Part shown: positions 9,188 through 18,749 of the stretch, in pieces | How positions within the stretch are numbered: the stretch's first letter is position 1 | Layout of the letters: every line of letters starts with the position of its first letter | NCBI GenBank assembly: GCA_965242525.1 | Contig: OZ251459.1 | Coordinates: 1,440,001-1,504,000, forward strand | DNA length: 64,000 nt | Source: an uncultured Candidatus Binatia bacterium | GTDB taxonomy: Bacteria > Desulfobacterota > Binatia > UBA9968 > JAJDTQ01 | Direction: 5' to 3' | The notes under the pieces: generated by a model | Database searches by the model: none | Told to the model about the DNA's origin: nothing | What the model saw: the letters and a program-made list of their open reading frames with translations, nothing else | Translations under genes and position numbers: made by a program

Positions 9188-10867
9188 GTGACCCATCTGT
9201 CGGCAGACGTCCTGGTGGTGGGAGCCGGCGGCGCCGGCATGTACGCGGCCATTGCCGCGGCCCGGCGGGGCGCGTCGGTGCTGTTGCTGGACAAATCCCT
9301 GGTGGGACGCGGCGGCGCCACCATCATGGCGCAGATGACCGTGGCCGCGGCCATCGGCCACGAGGAGCCCGACCACTGGACCCACCACCTCCGGGACACG
9401 CTGACGGCCGGCCGGGGTCTCTGCGACCCGGGCCTGGCCCGGCTGCTCTGCGAGAACGGCCCCGAGAGGATCTTCGAGATGGACGGCTGGGGAGCCCACT
9501 GGGCGCGCAGCGCCGAGGGGCGCATCCGCCAAGTCAAGGCGCCGGGACACGACCGGGCCCGCTGCTGCTACGTGGACTTCCTCAACACCGGCCCCGGAGT
9601 GGCCGGCGCCTTGCGGCGCCAGGTAAGCGCCATGGCTCCGGTGCGCCGCGTGAGCAACGTCGCGGTCACCGACGTCGTGGTGCGCGACGGCCGGGCGGTG
9701 GGCGCGGTGGGGCTGGAGGTGGCCGCGGGCGAAATCGCCACGTTCGCCGCCAAGGCCGTGGTCCTGGCCGCGGGCGGCCTCACCAAGCTCTACCGCCGCA
9801 ACAGCGCGTCCACTAACATGGGGGGAGAAGCCTACGCCCTGGCCCTGTGGGCCGGGGCGGAGTTGATCGACATGGAGTTCGTGCAGTTCTTCCCCATCGC
9901 CCACCTGGCGCCGCGGCTGGTGGGCATGGACCCCATCATGTGGGACCCCTTCCGCTACAAGCTCGGCGGGCGGCTGCGCAACGGCGACTTCGAGGAGTTC
10001 ATGCACCGGTACGGGAACCGGGACGACGGCGCCTACACCGCCGTGCGCGACCAGGCCTCCTACGCCATACTCAAGGAGGTGGAAGCGGGCCGGGGCTCGC
10101 CGCACGGGGGCGTCTATCTGGACTTCCGACACGTTCCCGACGACGACCTGCGGGCCGCCTTCGGGCCGGTCATCGACCGGTTGGCGCACAACGGCATCGA
10201 CCTCACCCGGACGCCGGTGGAGGTGGCGCCCACCGCGCACTACCACATGGGAGGCATCCGCGTGGACGAGCGCATGCGGACGCGGGTGCCCGGGCTCTAT
10301 GCCGCGGGCGAGGCGGTGGGCGGCGCCAACGGCGCCAACCGACTGTCCGGCAACGCCATCACCGAGGCCCTCGTGTTCGGGGAACGGGCCGGGAGCGAGG
10401 CCGGCCGAGACGCCCTCGCCGGGGCCGGCGGCTGGAGCGCGCGAGCCGCGGCCGGCGCGGTGGAGCGCATCCGGAGCGCCCTGGACGCCTCCCCGGAGCA
10501 CGGCGCGCCGGCCAACGCGCTCCAACGGGAGCTGCAGGACCTCATGTGGGAGCGCGCCGGGCCCTTCCGCACCGGAGAGGGTCTCCGCATGGCCCTGGAC
10601 GGCATCCGCGAACTCCGGAAGGCGCCGGTGGCGGTCCGTTCCCCCCAGGGCTTCGACCTGGACGTCCAGGACCGGCTGGAGTGGCGCGCCATGCTGGCCA
10701 CCGCGGAGGCCGTCACGCGCGCCGCCCTGGGCCGCACCGAGAGCCGCGGCGCGCACCAGCGCCTGGACTTCCCCGACGGGAACCCGCGATGGGCCGGCAA
10801 CCAGGTGCTGGCCATGGAAGGGGAACGGATGGAGACGAGCTGGTCCGACGGGGCCGGGGTCTCGTAG
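9188..10867 (+). CDS. SdhA/FrdA/NadB-family FAD-dependent oxidoreductase of unknown substrate
   Basis: GAGGAG, HYHMGG, GLYAAGE, GANRLSGN, RTESRGAH. The covalent-FAD His motif is absent. Confidence 0.85.
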   Translation: MTHLSADVLVVGAGGAGMYAAIAAARRGASVLLLDKSLVGRGGATIMAQMTVAAAIGHEEPDHWTHHLRDTLTAGRGLCDPGLARLLCENGPERIFEMDGWGAHWARSAEGRIRQVKAPGHDRARCCYVDFLNTGPGVAGALRRQVSAMAPVRRVSNVAVTDVVVRDGRAVGAVGLEVAAGEIATFAAKAVVLAAGGLTKLYRRNSASTNMGGEAYALALWAGAELIDMEFVQFFPIAHLAPRLVGMDPIMWDPFRYKLGGRLRNGDFEEFMHRYGNRDDGAYTAVRDQASYAILKEVEAGRGSPHGGVYLDFRHVPDDDLRAAFGPVIDRLAHNGIDLTRTPVEVAPTAHYHMGGIRVDERMRTRVPGLYAAGEAVGGANGANRLSGNAITEALVFGERAGSEAGRDALAGAGGWSARAAAGAVERIRSALDASPEHGAPANALQRELQDLMWERAGPFRTGEGLRMALDGIRELRKAPVAVRSPQGFDLDVQDRLEWRAMLATAEAVTRAALGRTESRGAHQRLDFPDGNPRWAGNQVLAMEGERMETSWSDGAGVS

Positions 10868-10876
10868 AGGTTTCGC

Positions 10877-11257
10877 ATGTCCGATGCCACTGGCAGGAGC
10901 CGCGGGCCAACCATAACCACGGAGATCCGGGTACGGCGGGGCGGTCCTTCGGACCAACGCCGCTACGAAACCTATCCGGTGCCTTACGAGGAGGGCATGT
11001 CCGTGCTCGACGCGCTGGTGTGGGTCCGCGCCCACGCGGACTCCAGCCTGGCCTTTCGCTACGGCTGCGTGAACGCCAACGCCTGCAAGACCTGCATGGC
11101 CCTGGTGGACGGCCGGGTGGCCTACCTGTGCACCGCCCGCCTGACGCCGGCCGGAAGCCGGGTGGAGCCGCTGCCCAAACGGCCCCTGGTCCGCGACCTC
11201 GTGACCGACACCGTGCCGGACGACGAGAAACTGGCGCCGCCTCCGCAGCGGGACTGA
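10877..11257 (+). CDS. Stand-alone 2Fe-2S protein (SdhB N-terminal domain only)
   Basis: SVLDAL..DSSLAFRYGC..ACKTC..YLC..VEPLP..VRDLV. No 4Fe-4S/3Fe-4S domain. Confidence 0.85.
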   Translation: MSDATGRSRGPTITTEIRVRRGGPSDQRRYETYPVPYEEGMSVLDALVWVRAHADSSLAFRYGCVNANACKTCMALVDGRVAYLCTARLTPAGSRVEPLPKRPLVRDLVTDTVPDDEKLAPPPQRD

Positions 11258-11261
11258 ACCC

Positions 11262-12656
11262 ATGGAGCCGCAGACCTTCGACTTGGTGGTCATCGGCAGC
11301 GGACCCGCGGGCCAGAAAGGCGCCATCGCGGCCGCCAAGATGGGCAAGCGCGTGGCCGTCATCGACAAGTCCCACATGATCGGCGGCGTGTGCCTGCACT
11401 CCGGCACCATCCCCAGCAAGACCCTGCGGCTGGCGGTGCTCTATCTCACGGGCTTCCGGCAGAAGTCGTTCTACGGGGCAGCCTATGCGCCCAAGGAGGA
11501 CCCCAGGGTGGAGGACCTGATGTTCCGGGTGCGCACCGTGGTCGAACGGGAACAGGCCCAGGTGACGGACCAGCTCCGGCGCAACCGCGTGACCCTGGTG
11601 GACGGCTGGGCCCGTTTCGCGGACGCCCACACCCTCGTGACCGACGACGGCCGGCAGGTCCGGGGCGAGCGCATACTCATCGCCTGCGGCACGCGCTCGG
11701 CGCGCAACCCGGAGATCCCCTACGACGGACGCAGGGTCATGGTGGCCGAAGACCTCGGACGCGGGGACGGCGGGGAGATCCCCCGGAGCATGATCGTGGT
11801 GGGCGCGGGGGTCATTGGCCTCGAATACGCCTCGATGCTGTCGGCGCTGGGGGTGCGCGTCACCGTGGTCGAACGGCGCCCCGTCATGCTGGACTTCGTG
11901 GACCGGGAGGTCATCGAGGCGCTCCGCTACCACATGCGCCGGCGCGGCGCCATCTTCCGCCTGGGAGAAACCGTCACCGGAGTGCGGGTGCAGGAGAACG
12001 GCAGGGTCCGGGCCGATCTGGAGAGCGGCAAGAGGGTCACCGGCGACGCCCTGCTCTACACCGTGGGACGGCAGTCCAACGCCGACCGGCTCGGCCTGGA
12101 CGCGGTCGGCATCGACACCGACGCCCGGGGCCGCATCGCGGTCAACGGGAGTTTCCAGACCGCCCGGCCGCACATCTACGCGGTGGGCGACTGCATCGGC
12201 TTCCCGGCCCTGGCCTCCACCTCCATGGAGCAGGGACGCCTGGCCAGCACCCACATGTTCGACGGTCCGGCCCTCCAGCCCGCGGCCTTCTTCCCCTACG
12301 GCATCTACACGGTCCCGGAGATCTCCATGGCCGGTCCCACCGAGCAGCAGCTCACCGCGGAGCGCGTGCCCTACGAAGTGGGCAAGGCGCTCTACGACGA
12401 CGTCGCCAAGGCGCAGATGGTGGGCGACCCCGCGGGCATGCTGAAGATCCTCTTCGACCCGAACACCCTGAAGCTGCTCGGGGTCCACGCCATGGGCGAG
12501 GACGCCACAGAGATCATCCACATCGGCCACGCGGTCATCGCCCTCGGCGGCGCCATCGACTACTTCCGCGACAACGTCTTCAACTACCCGACCTTCGCCG
12601 AAGCCTACAAGGTCGCCGCGTACGACGGCTTCAACAAGGTCGCCGAGTTGCGGTAG
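11262..12656 (+). CDS. sthA: Soluble pyridine nucleotide transhydrogenase
   Basis: GSGPAGQKGA, GGVCLHSGTIPSKTLR, FPALASTSMEQGR, PYGIYTVPEIS, VFNYPTFAEAYK. Confidence 0.92.
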   Translation: MEPQTFDLVVIGSGPAGQKGAIAAAKMGKRVAVIDKSHMIGGVCLHSGTIPSKTLRLAVLYLTGFRQKSFYGAAYAPKEDPRVEDLMFRVRTVVEREQAQVTDQLRRNRVTLVDGWARFADAHTLVTDDGRQVRGERILIACGTRSARNPEIPYDGRRVMVAEDLGRGDGGEIPRSMIVVGAGVIGLEYASMLSALGVRVTVVERRPVMLDFVDREVIEALRYHMRRRGAIFRLGETVTGVRVQENGRVRADLESGKRVTGDALLYTVGRQSNADRLGLDAVGIDTDARGRIAVNGSFQTARPHIYAVGDCIGFPALASTSMEQGRLASTHMFDGPALQPAAFFPYGIYTVPEISMAGPTEQQLTAERVPYEVGKALYDDVAKAQMVGDPAGMLKILFDPNTLKLLGVHAMGEDATEIIHIGHAVIALGGAIDYFRDNVFNYPTFAEAYKVAAYDGFNKVAELR

Positions 12657-12659
12657 GGA

Positions 12660-12688
12660 TTGTATCCGGCGAGGTCATCCGTTACAAT
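12660..12688 (+). promoter_or_regulatory. Sigma70-like promoter, probably leaderless
   Basis: TTGTAT(12660)-N17-TACAAT(12683-12688). GTG start follows after 7 nt, with no SD sequence. Confidence 0.55.
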
Positions 12689-12695
12689 TTTCCTC

Positions 12696-13157
12696 GTGAG
12701 CGAAGCCATTGCATTCGACACCCATCAGTTCGTCAAGCATCTGACCGCCAGCGGCTTCACGGAGCAACAAGCCGAGGCACTGGCCCGTGAGCAGGTCAAC
12801 CTCCTCAACAGCAACTTGGCGACAAAGGCCGACATCGAAGCTCTGCGCCTGGCGACAAAGAGCGACATCGAAGCTCTACGACAGGAAACCCAGGCCGGCA
12901 TCGAAACGCTACGCTTGGCCACCAAGGCCGACATCGAAACCCTGCGACAGGAAACCAAGGCCGGTCTCGAAACTCTGCGACAGGAAACCAAGGCCGGTCT
13001 CGAAGCTCTGCGTCAGGAAACCAAGGCTGACATCGAAACTCTGCGCTTGGCCACCAAGGCCGACATCGAATCCGTCAAGGCGGATCTGTTGAAGTGGATG
13101 TTCGGCGCCATGATTGCCCAGGGCAGCCTGGTAGTCGCGTTGGTGAAGCTGTTGTAG
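12696..13157 (+). CDS. DUF1640/CCDC90-like coiled-coil protein with 11-aa repeats and C-terminal TM
   Basis: FDTHQFVKHL..GFTEQQAEAL..LATKADI head, then repeats, then LLKWMFG..LVVALVKLL. Confidence 0.85.
   Translation: MSEAIAFDTHQFVKHLTASGFTEQQAEALAREQVNLLNSNLATKADIEALRLATKSDIEALRQETQAGIETLRLATKADIETLRQETKAGLETLRQETKAGLEALRQETKADIETLRLATKADIESVKADLLKWMFGAMIAQGSLVVALVKLL
12816..13070 (+). repeat. 33-bp coding tandem repeat, 7 full units plus 1 partial
   Basis: Units such as TTGGCCACCAAGGCCGACATCGAAACCCTGCGA and CAGGAAACCAAGGCCGGTCTCGAAACTCTGCGA. Confidence 0.9.
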
Positions 13158-13178
13158 GATAGCCCTCCCGCCCGCTCA

Positions 13179-14102
13179 TCACGAAAGGCATCGCGGAACC
13201 ACCTCCGTGCCCAACCTCTCGATCTGCTCGTGGAGGGCCTCGGGCGGACAAGCCGGGCGGGCGACGAACTTCGACGCGCCCGCATCCATGTAGCGCCGGA
13301 CCATGGCGGTGATGTCGTCGGCGCTTCCGAGCGCCGACGTTTCGACGAAGTCCACCTCCGGACGGTTCCGAAGCGCATGGGGCCGGGCGAGCCTGGCCCC
13401 TGCCGCGGGATCCCTCGCGAAACAGAAGTTGAACAGCACGCCGAAGTGGTCTTGGTCGATGGCGCGGCCGTATTCCGCGGCATGGCCGCGGATGCGGGTG
13501 ATGGCGGACCCCACTTCGTCGGGGGTCATCTGCGAGCCCAGCCAGCCGTCCGCAAGGCGCGCAGCCCGTCGAAACGCGGCTCCGCTGCGTCCGCCGACCC
13601 AGATGGGAGGAGCGGTCCGTGCCGGCCTGGGTTGGATCGATACCTTGTCGAGTTGGTAGAACCGCCCCTGGAAGCTCACCTCGTTGCCGGACCACAGGGC
13701 GCGCAACAGGTGGACGGCTTCCTCCGTGCGTCCCGCCCGCTCCGAACGGGCAATGCCGCAGGCCCGCGGCTCGGACTCCTCGTCGCGTCCCAGACCCACC
13801 GCAAGCAGCAGGCGCCCGCCCGAGAGGAAGTCCAGGGTGGCCAACTCCTTGGCCAGCACGGTGGGGTTTCGGAGCGGGAGCGCCAGCACGCTGGTGCCGA
13901 ACTTCATCTTCCGGGTGCGCGCGGCCACCCAGGACAGGGCCACCACCGGCTCCAGGCTCAAGGCCTCGGACACCACCCGGTCGCTCAGCCACAGGGAGTC
14001 GATGTCCAGGGACTCCGCCAAGTCGATGGCGCGCCGGAACGCTTCGGGGTTGGCGTCGCCGAAGGGCCAGCCGCTGAATCCGATGCCGATGCCGATGGCC
14101 AT
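13179..14102 (-). CDS. LLM-class flavin/F420-dependent oxidoreductase
   Basis: DSLWLSD, LPLRNP..LAKELATLDFLSGGR, PPIWVGG. Start trimmed to MAIGIG. Confidence 0.88.
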   Translation of the reverse strand: MAIGIGIGFSGWPFGDANPEAFRRAIDLAESLDIDSLWLSDRVVSEALSLEPVVALSWVAARTRKMKFGTSVLALPLRNPTVLAKELATLDFLSGGRLLLAVGLGRDEESEPRACGIARSERAGRTEEAVHLLRALWSGNEVSFQGRFYQLDKVSIQPRPARTAPPIWVGGRSGAAFRRAARLADGWLGSQMTPDEVGSAITRIRGHAAEYGRAIDQDHFGVLFNFCFARDPAAGARLARPHALRNRPEVDFVETSALGSADDITAMVRRYMDAGASKFVARPACPPEALHEQIERLGTEVVPRCLS

Positions 14103-14437
14103 GTGGTCCGTTCTACCAGATCGGGCCGGGGATCCTCCAACGGTTCGCGCGCCCGGGGCGGCCCGCGCCCGAACGCCCTTCCGGGACTCGCCTCCCCCGA
14201 GGCGATTGACGGACGGCGCGGATGGTACTATGGAAAGAGCCTCCGGGCGGCTCCCGATCCACCAGACCACAGCCGGAAAGACGCACCCCTTATGGCGCCC
14301 ATCACGCGGCCGACATCCACCATCGTCCCCGGGGTCCTTCGAGGACCCTGCGGCCGGGAAGAACCCCGGCCGGCGATTCCCGGAACACGCAGGCGCACCG
14401 GGGCCCGACCGGGACGAGGCTTGCGCCCGGGACTCCC

Positions 14438-15376
14438 ATGATCCATCTGCAACTGGCGGTCGGCACCGTGCTGCTCCTGGCCGGAGCCGAGTTCGTGTTG
14501 CGCGGCGCGGTGCAGCTTGCCTCGCGCCTCGGGGTCTCGCCCTTGATCATCGGGCTCACCGTGGTGGCCTGGTGCACCACCATGCCCGAGCTGGTGGTCA
14601 GCCTGGAGGCGGCCGTCCGCGGCGCGCCCGGCATCGCCATCGGGAACATCATCGGCAGCAACCTCTGCAACCTGCTCCTGATCCTCGGGGCGGCCGCATG
14701 CGTCTGTCCGATGGCGGTGGAGCCGCGCGTGGTCCGGTTCGAGGGCGGCACGGCCATCGGCGTCACCGCGCTGTTCTTCGTCCTGGCGATGGTCGGCAGC
14801 CTGAGCCGCTTCGACGGCGTGCTGCTGCTGGCCTGCCTCGTCTCGTTCACTGCGGCCTCCTACCTGCGAGCCCGCTACGGCGACCCCCAGGCTCCAGCGG
14901 AAGAGCAGGCGCCGGGCCAGCGCCTCTGGATGGTGGTGGGCAAGCTCGCCCTGGGCCTCGGCGGCGTCATCGCAGGCTCCCACCTGCTGGTGGAGGGCGC
15001 CATCGGCCTTGCGCGCCTGCTCGGGGTGTCGGAGGCGGTCATCGGCGTGACGGTGGTGGCCATCGGCACCTCGTTGCCGGAGCTTGCCACCGCGGTCGTC
15101 TCCGCCTACCGCCGCCATCCCGAGGTGGCGGTGGGCAACGTGCTCGGCGCCAACATCTTCAACCTGCTGGGCATCGGCGGCTTGGTGGCGACCGTCCATC
15201 CCCTGGACGTCCCGGCGCACCTCCGCGACCTCGCCCTCGGGACCATGGGGGCGGTGACGGTCCTGCTGGTCTCGTGGCTGATGTTCCGGGGGCGGCTCGG
15301 ACGCCCCACGGGCGTCCTCTGCCTGACCGCCTACGCCGTCTATATCTACGTCGAGTACGGACCGCTCACCGGATAG
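14438..15376 (+). CDS. Ca2+/Na+ antiporter (YrbG family)
   Basis: Two alpha repeats: TTMPE..GNIIGSN and GTSLPE..GNVLGANIFN. Confidence 0.9.
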   Translation: MIHLQLAVGTVLLLAGAEFVLRGAVQLASRLGVSPLIIGLTVVAWCTTMPELVVSLEAAVRGAPGIAIGNIIGSNLCNLLLILGAAACVCPMAVEPRVVRFEGGTAIGVTALFFVLAMVGSLSRFDGVLLLACLVSFTAASYLRARYGDPQAPAEEQAPGQRLWMVVGKLALGLGGVIAGSHLLVEGAIGLARLLGVSEAVIGVTVVAIGTSLPELATAVVSAYRRHPEVAVGNVLGANIFNLLGIGGLVATVHPLDVPAHLRDLALGTMGAVTVLLVSWLMFRGRLGRPTGVLCLTAYAVYIYVEYGPLTG

Positions 15377-15413
15377 GCGCAAGAGGGGCGGCTCGCCCCT
15401 TCATCGCGCCCCT

Positions 15414-15761
15414 TCACGGGTCCATGGACGAGCCCCGGTACTTGTCCTTCAACTCGTCGATGACCGTGCCCCGCCAGAACTTCACCCCCACCTGGTACCC
15501 GGCCCGGCCGATCATGTGCGCGGACACCGGCGCGGTGAGGAAGACGAACAGGGTGATGGCCAGCACCCGGACGGTGACGCCCAAGTCCGGGAAGTAGAGC
15601 GCCACCGACGCCATCAGGAAGAAGACCCCCAGGGTGGGGGGCTTGGTGGCGGTCTGCATTCGGGTCAGCAGGTCCGGCATCCGCAGGATTCCCAGGCACC
15701 CCAGGAACATGAAGGCGGTGCCGACGACCATGAAAACGCCGCAAACGATGTCAGTCACCAT
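15414..15761 (-). CDS. mrpG: Mrp/Mnh antiporter subunit G
   Basis: RMPD..TRMQTATK, TAPVSAHMIGRA. Confidence 0.9.
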   Translation of the reverse strand: MVTDIVCGVFMVVGTAFMFLGCLGILRMPDLLTRMQTATKPPTLGVFFLMASVALYFPDLGVTVRVLAITLFVFLTAPVSAHMIGRAGYQVGVKFWRGTVIDELKDKYRGSSMDP

Positions 15762-16020
15762 GATGCGCCCATTTCTCGATGTAGCGGGCGAAGGTCACCG
15801 TGCCCAGGAACGCCACCAGGGCGAGCACGATGGCCACGTCCAGATAGACCCGCTGGTCGAACGCCACCGCGTAGAGGGCGGCGATGCCCACGCCCACGGT
15901 GGTCAACAGGTCCAGGGCCACCAGCCTGTCGGGTATGTTGGGGCCGCGGACCAGGCGGATGAAGGCCAGCACGATGCCGAGGCTGAGGACGGCCAGCAGA
16001 ACGAAAGCCAGTTGGGTCAT
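15751..16020 (-). CDS. mrpF: Mrp/Mnh antiporter subunit F
   Basis: RLVRGPNIPDRLVALD..FLGTVTFARY. Start trimmed. Confidence 0.9.
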   Translation of the reverse strand: MTQLAFVLLAVLSLGIVLAFIRLVRGPNIPDRLVALDLLTTVGVGIAALYAVAFDQRVYLDVAIVLALVAFLGTVTFARYIEKWAHHGD

Positions 16021-16490
16021 CGCAGCAACTCCATGACGCGCTTCTCGAACCCGTCCTTGATGGACCGGCGCAACTCGTCCGCGTCGTCCACGTACATGGC
16101 GTGTATGTAGAGCACCCGACGGTCGTCCGACACGTCGAGGCTCAGGGTGCCGGGGGTCAGGGTGATGAGGTTGGCCAGCAGCGTGATCTCGGCGTCCGTC
16201 TCCACGTCCAGCGGGATCGCCACCACCCCGGGCTTCATGTTGTGCGACGGCGTCGCCACCTCGTAGGCGATGCGCAGGTTCGCCAGCAGCAGTTCCCAGG
16301 CGAACAGAGAGCCCAGCCGGAGACCCTGCCACAGCTTCTCGTAGTACCGCGACGGCCGCAGCAGCCGCCGCACCGAGTACAGGATCACGAAGCCCAGCAC
16401 GAAGCCCGCGGCGAGGTTCAGGGCGGTCACCTCCCCGGTCAACGCGGCCCAGCTCAGGGCGAGCATGATGTTCCACAACAGGGCGGTCAC
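16017..16490 (-). CDS. mrpE: Mrp/Mnh antiporter subunit E
   Basis: [21 protein letters not shown]. Confidence 0.92.
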   Translation of the reverse strand: MTALLWNIMLALSWAALTGEVTALNLAAGFVLGFVILYSVRRLLRPSRYYEKLWQGLRLGSLFAWELLLANLRIAYEVATPSHNMKPGVVAIPLDVETDAEITLLANLITLTPGTLSLDVSDDRRVLYIHAMYVDDADELRRSIKDGFEKRVMELLR

Positions 16491-17986
16491 GGTCCTCCCC
16501 TCACCCGGAGCACCGCGCGGATGTACGGCTCCGGGTCCATCAACTCATGGCCCGCCTGGAGGGCCAAGTCGAAGAACGGCCCCGCGACCACCCCCAGCGC
16601 CACCGCCAGCACCGCCAGGGTCACGATGGGGCCGAACAGGAGGGCCGCGCCGCGGCCCGTCGGGTTCACCGGGGTGTCCGCGGGCAGCGGTTTCCAGAAC
16701 GCCTCGGCCCAGATCTTGGTCATGGAGAAGAGCGTCAGCAGGCTCACCCCCAGGGCCGCGGCCACCAGCGCGAACTGCCCGATGTCGAGCCCCGCCTTGA
16801 CCAGCACCAGCTTGCCGAAGAAGCCGGAGAGCGGCGGTGCCCCCGCGAGGGAGAAGGCGGACACCGCGAACAGCAGGGAGAGCCAGGGATGGCTCCGGTA
16901 CAGGCCCCCCAGCTTCTTCAAGTCGTAGGTGCCGTGCAGGCGGTACGAGACCCCGCTCACCAGGAAGAGGTTGGTCTTGACGAAGATGTTGTGCACGATG
17001 AAGAACACGGCGCCGGCCAGGGCCAGGGGGGTGAAGAACCCGAGCCCCATGACCATGTAGCCGATCTGGCTCACGATGTGGAAGGAGAGCAGCCGGCGGA
17101 ACTCGTACTGGGCCACCGCGCCCAGCACCCCGGTCACCATGGTGACGCCGCCGGCGGCCAGGATCAGGGTGTGGGTATAGTCCACGTTGTCCAGGAACAG
17201 CAGGGTGAAGACCCGGATCAGGGCGTACACCCCCACCTTGGTCAACAGCCCGCCGAACAGGGCCGAGACCGCCACCGGCGGCGTGTGGTAGGACGCGGGG
17301 AGCCAGAAGAACAACGGGAAGATGGCTCCCTTGATGCCGAAGGCCACCAGGAACAGGATGGCCAGCGTGGTGACCACGCCCGGATGGCCTGCGCCCGCGA
17401 GGCGCTGGGACAGGTCCGCCATGTTGAGGGACCCGGCCATGGCGTAGAGGACCCCCACCGCGGCCAGGAAGAACGCCGACGCCACCAGGTTGAGGGTGAC
17501 GTACTTGATGGCGCCCTCCAGTTGCGCGCGTTCGCCGCCCAGGGCGAGCAGGACGAACGACGAGATCAACAGCACTTCGAACCACACGAAGAGGTTGAAG
17601 ATGTCGCCCGTCAGGAAGGCGCCGGAAACCCCCATGACCAGGATGTTGAGCAGCGGATAGTAGCCGTAGGCCTCGCGCCCCCGGTCCACGGTCGCCAGGG
17701 AATAGACCACGATCACCAGCACCACCACGCCGGTGGCGGCGATCATGATGGCGCTGAAGGTGTCGGCCACCAGGGTGATGCCGAAGGGCGCGGCCCAGTC
17801 GCCCTTCTGCACCGCCTGTATCCCCTCCCCGGCCACCCGGCCCAGGAGCACCATGGAGACCGCGAAATAGGCGATGCTGCCGGCCAGGGTGAGGATCCGC
17901 TGGGCCGTGGGGCGGCGCCAGACCACCACGCAGCTCGCCCCCACCAGCAGGGGGAGCAGGATGGGCAGTGCGATGAGCGAGTTCAC
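16487..17986 (-). CDS. mrpD: Mrp/Mnh antiporter subunit D
   Basis: [29 protein letters not shown]. Confidence 0.92.
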   Translation of the reverse strand: MNSLIALPILLPLLVGASCVVVWRRPTAQRILTLAGSIAYFAVSMVLLGRVAGEGIQAVQKGDWAAPFGITLVADTFSAIMIAATGVVVLVIVVYSLATVDRGREAYGYYPLLNILVMGVSGAFLTGDIFNLFVWFEVLLISSFVLLALGGERAQLEGAIKYVTLNLVASAFFLAAVGVLYAMAGSLNMADLSQRLAGAGHPGVVTTLAILFLVAFGIKGAIFPLFFWLPASYHTPPVAVSALFGGLLTKVGVYALIRVFTLLFLDNVDYTHTLILAAGGVTMVTGVLGAVAQYEFRRLLSFHIVSQIGYMVMGLGFFTPLALAGAVFFIVHNIFVKTNLFLVSGVSYRLHGTYDLKKLGGLYRSHPWLSLLFAVSAFSLAGAPPLSGFFGKLVLVKAGLDIGQFALVAAALGVSLLTLFSMTKIWAEAFWKPLPADTPVNPTGRGAALLFGPIVTLAVLAVALGVVAGPFFDLALQAGHELMDPEPYIRAVLRVRGGP

Positions 17987-18327
17987 GTGTCCGTGGCCTT
18001 CATGTCGTCGAGGTCGTCGGTGCCCACGGTCTGGTACGCCCGGTAGGCCAGCACCATGGCGAAGGCCTGCACGCCGAAGCTGATGACGATGGCGGTGAGG
18101 ATCAACGCCTGGGGCAGCGGGTCCGCCGCCTCGGTGATGGCCTTGGCCCCCTGGGGGATCACCGGGGGGACCGCGCGGGTGAGGCCCGCGGCGGTGAACA
18201 CCAGCAGGCTCGCGCCGTGGGCCAGCAACCCGAGCCCGATGATCAGCTTCACGATGCTCCGGCGCATGAGCATGTAGATGCCGGAGGCGTAGAGTCCGCC
18301 GATGACCACCGCGAGCAGGGCTTCCAC
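17983..18327 (-). CDS. mrpC: Mrp/Mnh antiporter subunit C
   Basis: [21 protein letters not shown] start overlaps the mrpB stop. Confidence 0.9.
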   Translation of the reverse strand: MEALLAVVIGGLYASGIYMLMRRSIVKLIIGLGLLAHGASLLVFTAAGLTRAVPPVIPQGAKAITEAADPLPQALILTAIVISFGVQAFAMVLAYRAYQTVGTDDLDDMKATDT

Positions 18328-18749
18328 TAGTCTTCCTCCGCTTCCTCCGCCAGGCTGATGATGACGAGGATCACCACCCCCACCACCACCAGATAGACGC
18401 CCATGTCGAAGAGCAGCGGCGTGCCCAGGTGGAGGTCGAGGCCCAGGACGTACAGGTGCGCCCACTGGCCGGTCATGAACGGCTGTCCCTCGAACAGGGG
18501 CCACACGCCGCTCAGGGCCGCGGTCAGCAGCCCCCAGGCGATGATGGTCTGGGCGCGGCAGGGCAGGAACCGGCGCATGGAGCGCACGTCGTAGGCGATG
18601 GCGTAGAGGGTCAGGGCCGCGGCCAGCACCAGGCCGCCCACGAACCCGCCCCCGGGGTCGTTGTGCCCGCGGAGCAGCAGGAAGACCGAGAACTGGAACA
18701 GCAGGATCAGGAGGAACCGGCTTGCGGTCCTGAGGATCAGCGAGTTCAA
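18327..18749 (-). CDS. mrpB: Mrp/Mnh antiporter subunit B
   Basis: [23 protein letters not shown] start. Confidence 0.9.
   Translation of the reverse strand: MNSLILRTASRFLLILLFQFSVFLLLRGHNDPGGGFVGGLVLAAALTLYAIAYDVRSMRRFLPCRAQTIIAWGLLTAALSGVWPLFEGQPFMTGQWAHLYVLGLDLHLGTPLLFDMGVYLVVVGVVILVIISLAEEAEED

Noticed and set aside
9188-11257. Annotation as sdhAB/frdAB
   Set aside because: Key His motifs are substituted, the Fe-S subunit is truncated and there are no membrane anchors.
12816-13070. 33-bp repeats as a CRISPR array or DGR
   Set aside because: In-frame coding repeats with no spacers and no reverse transcriptase in the window.
14206-14231. TTGACG..TACTAT as a sigma70 promoter
   Set aside because: The spacer is only 14 bp, too short to call.
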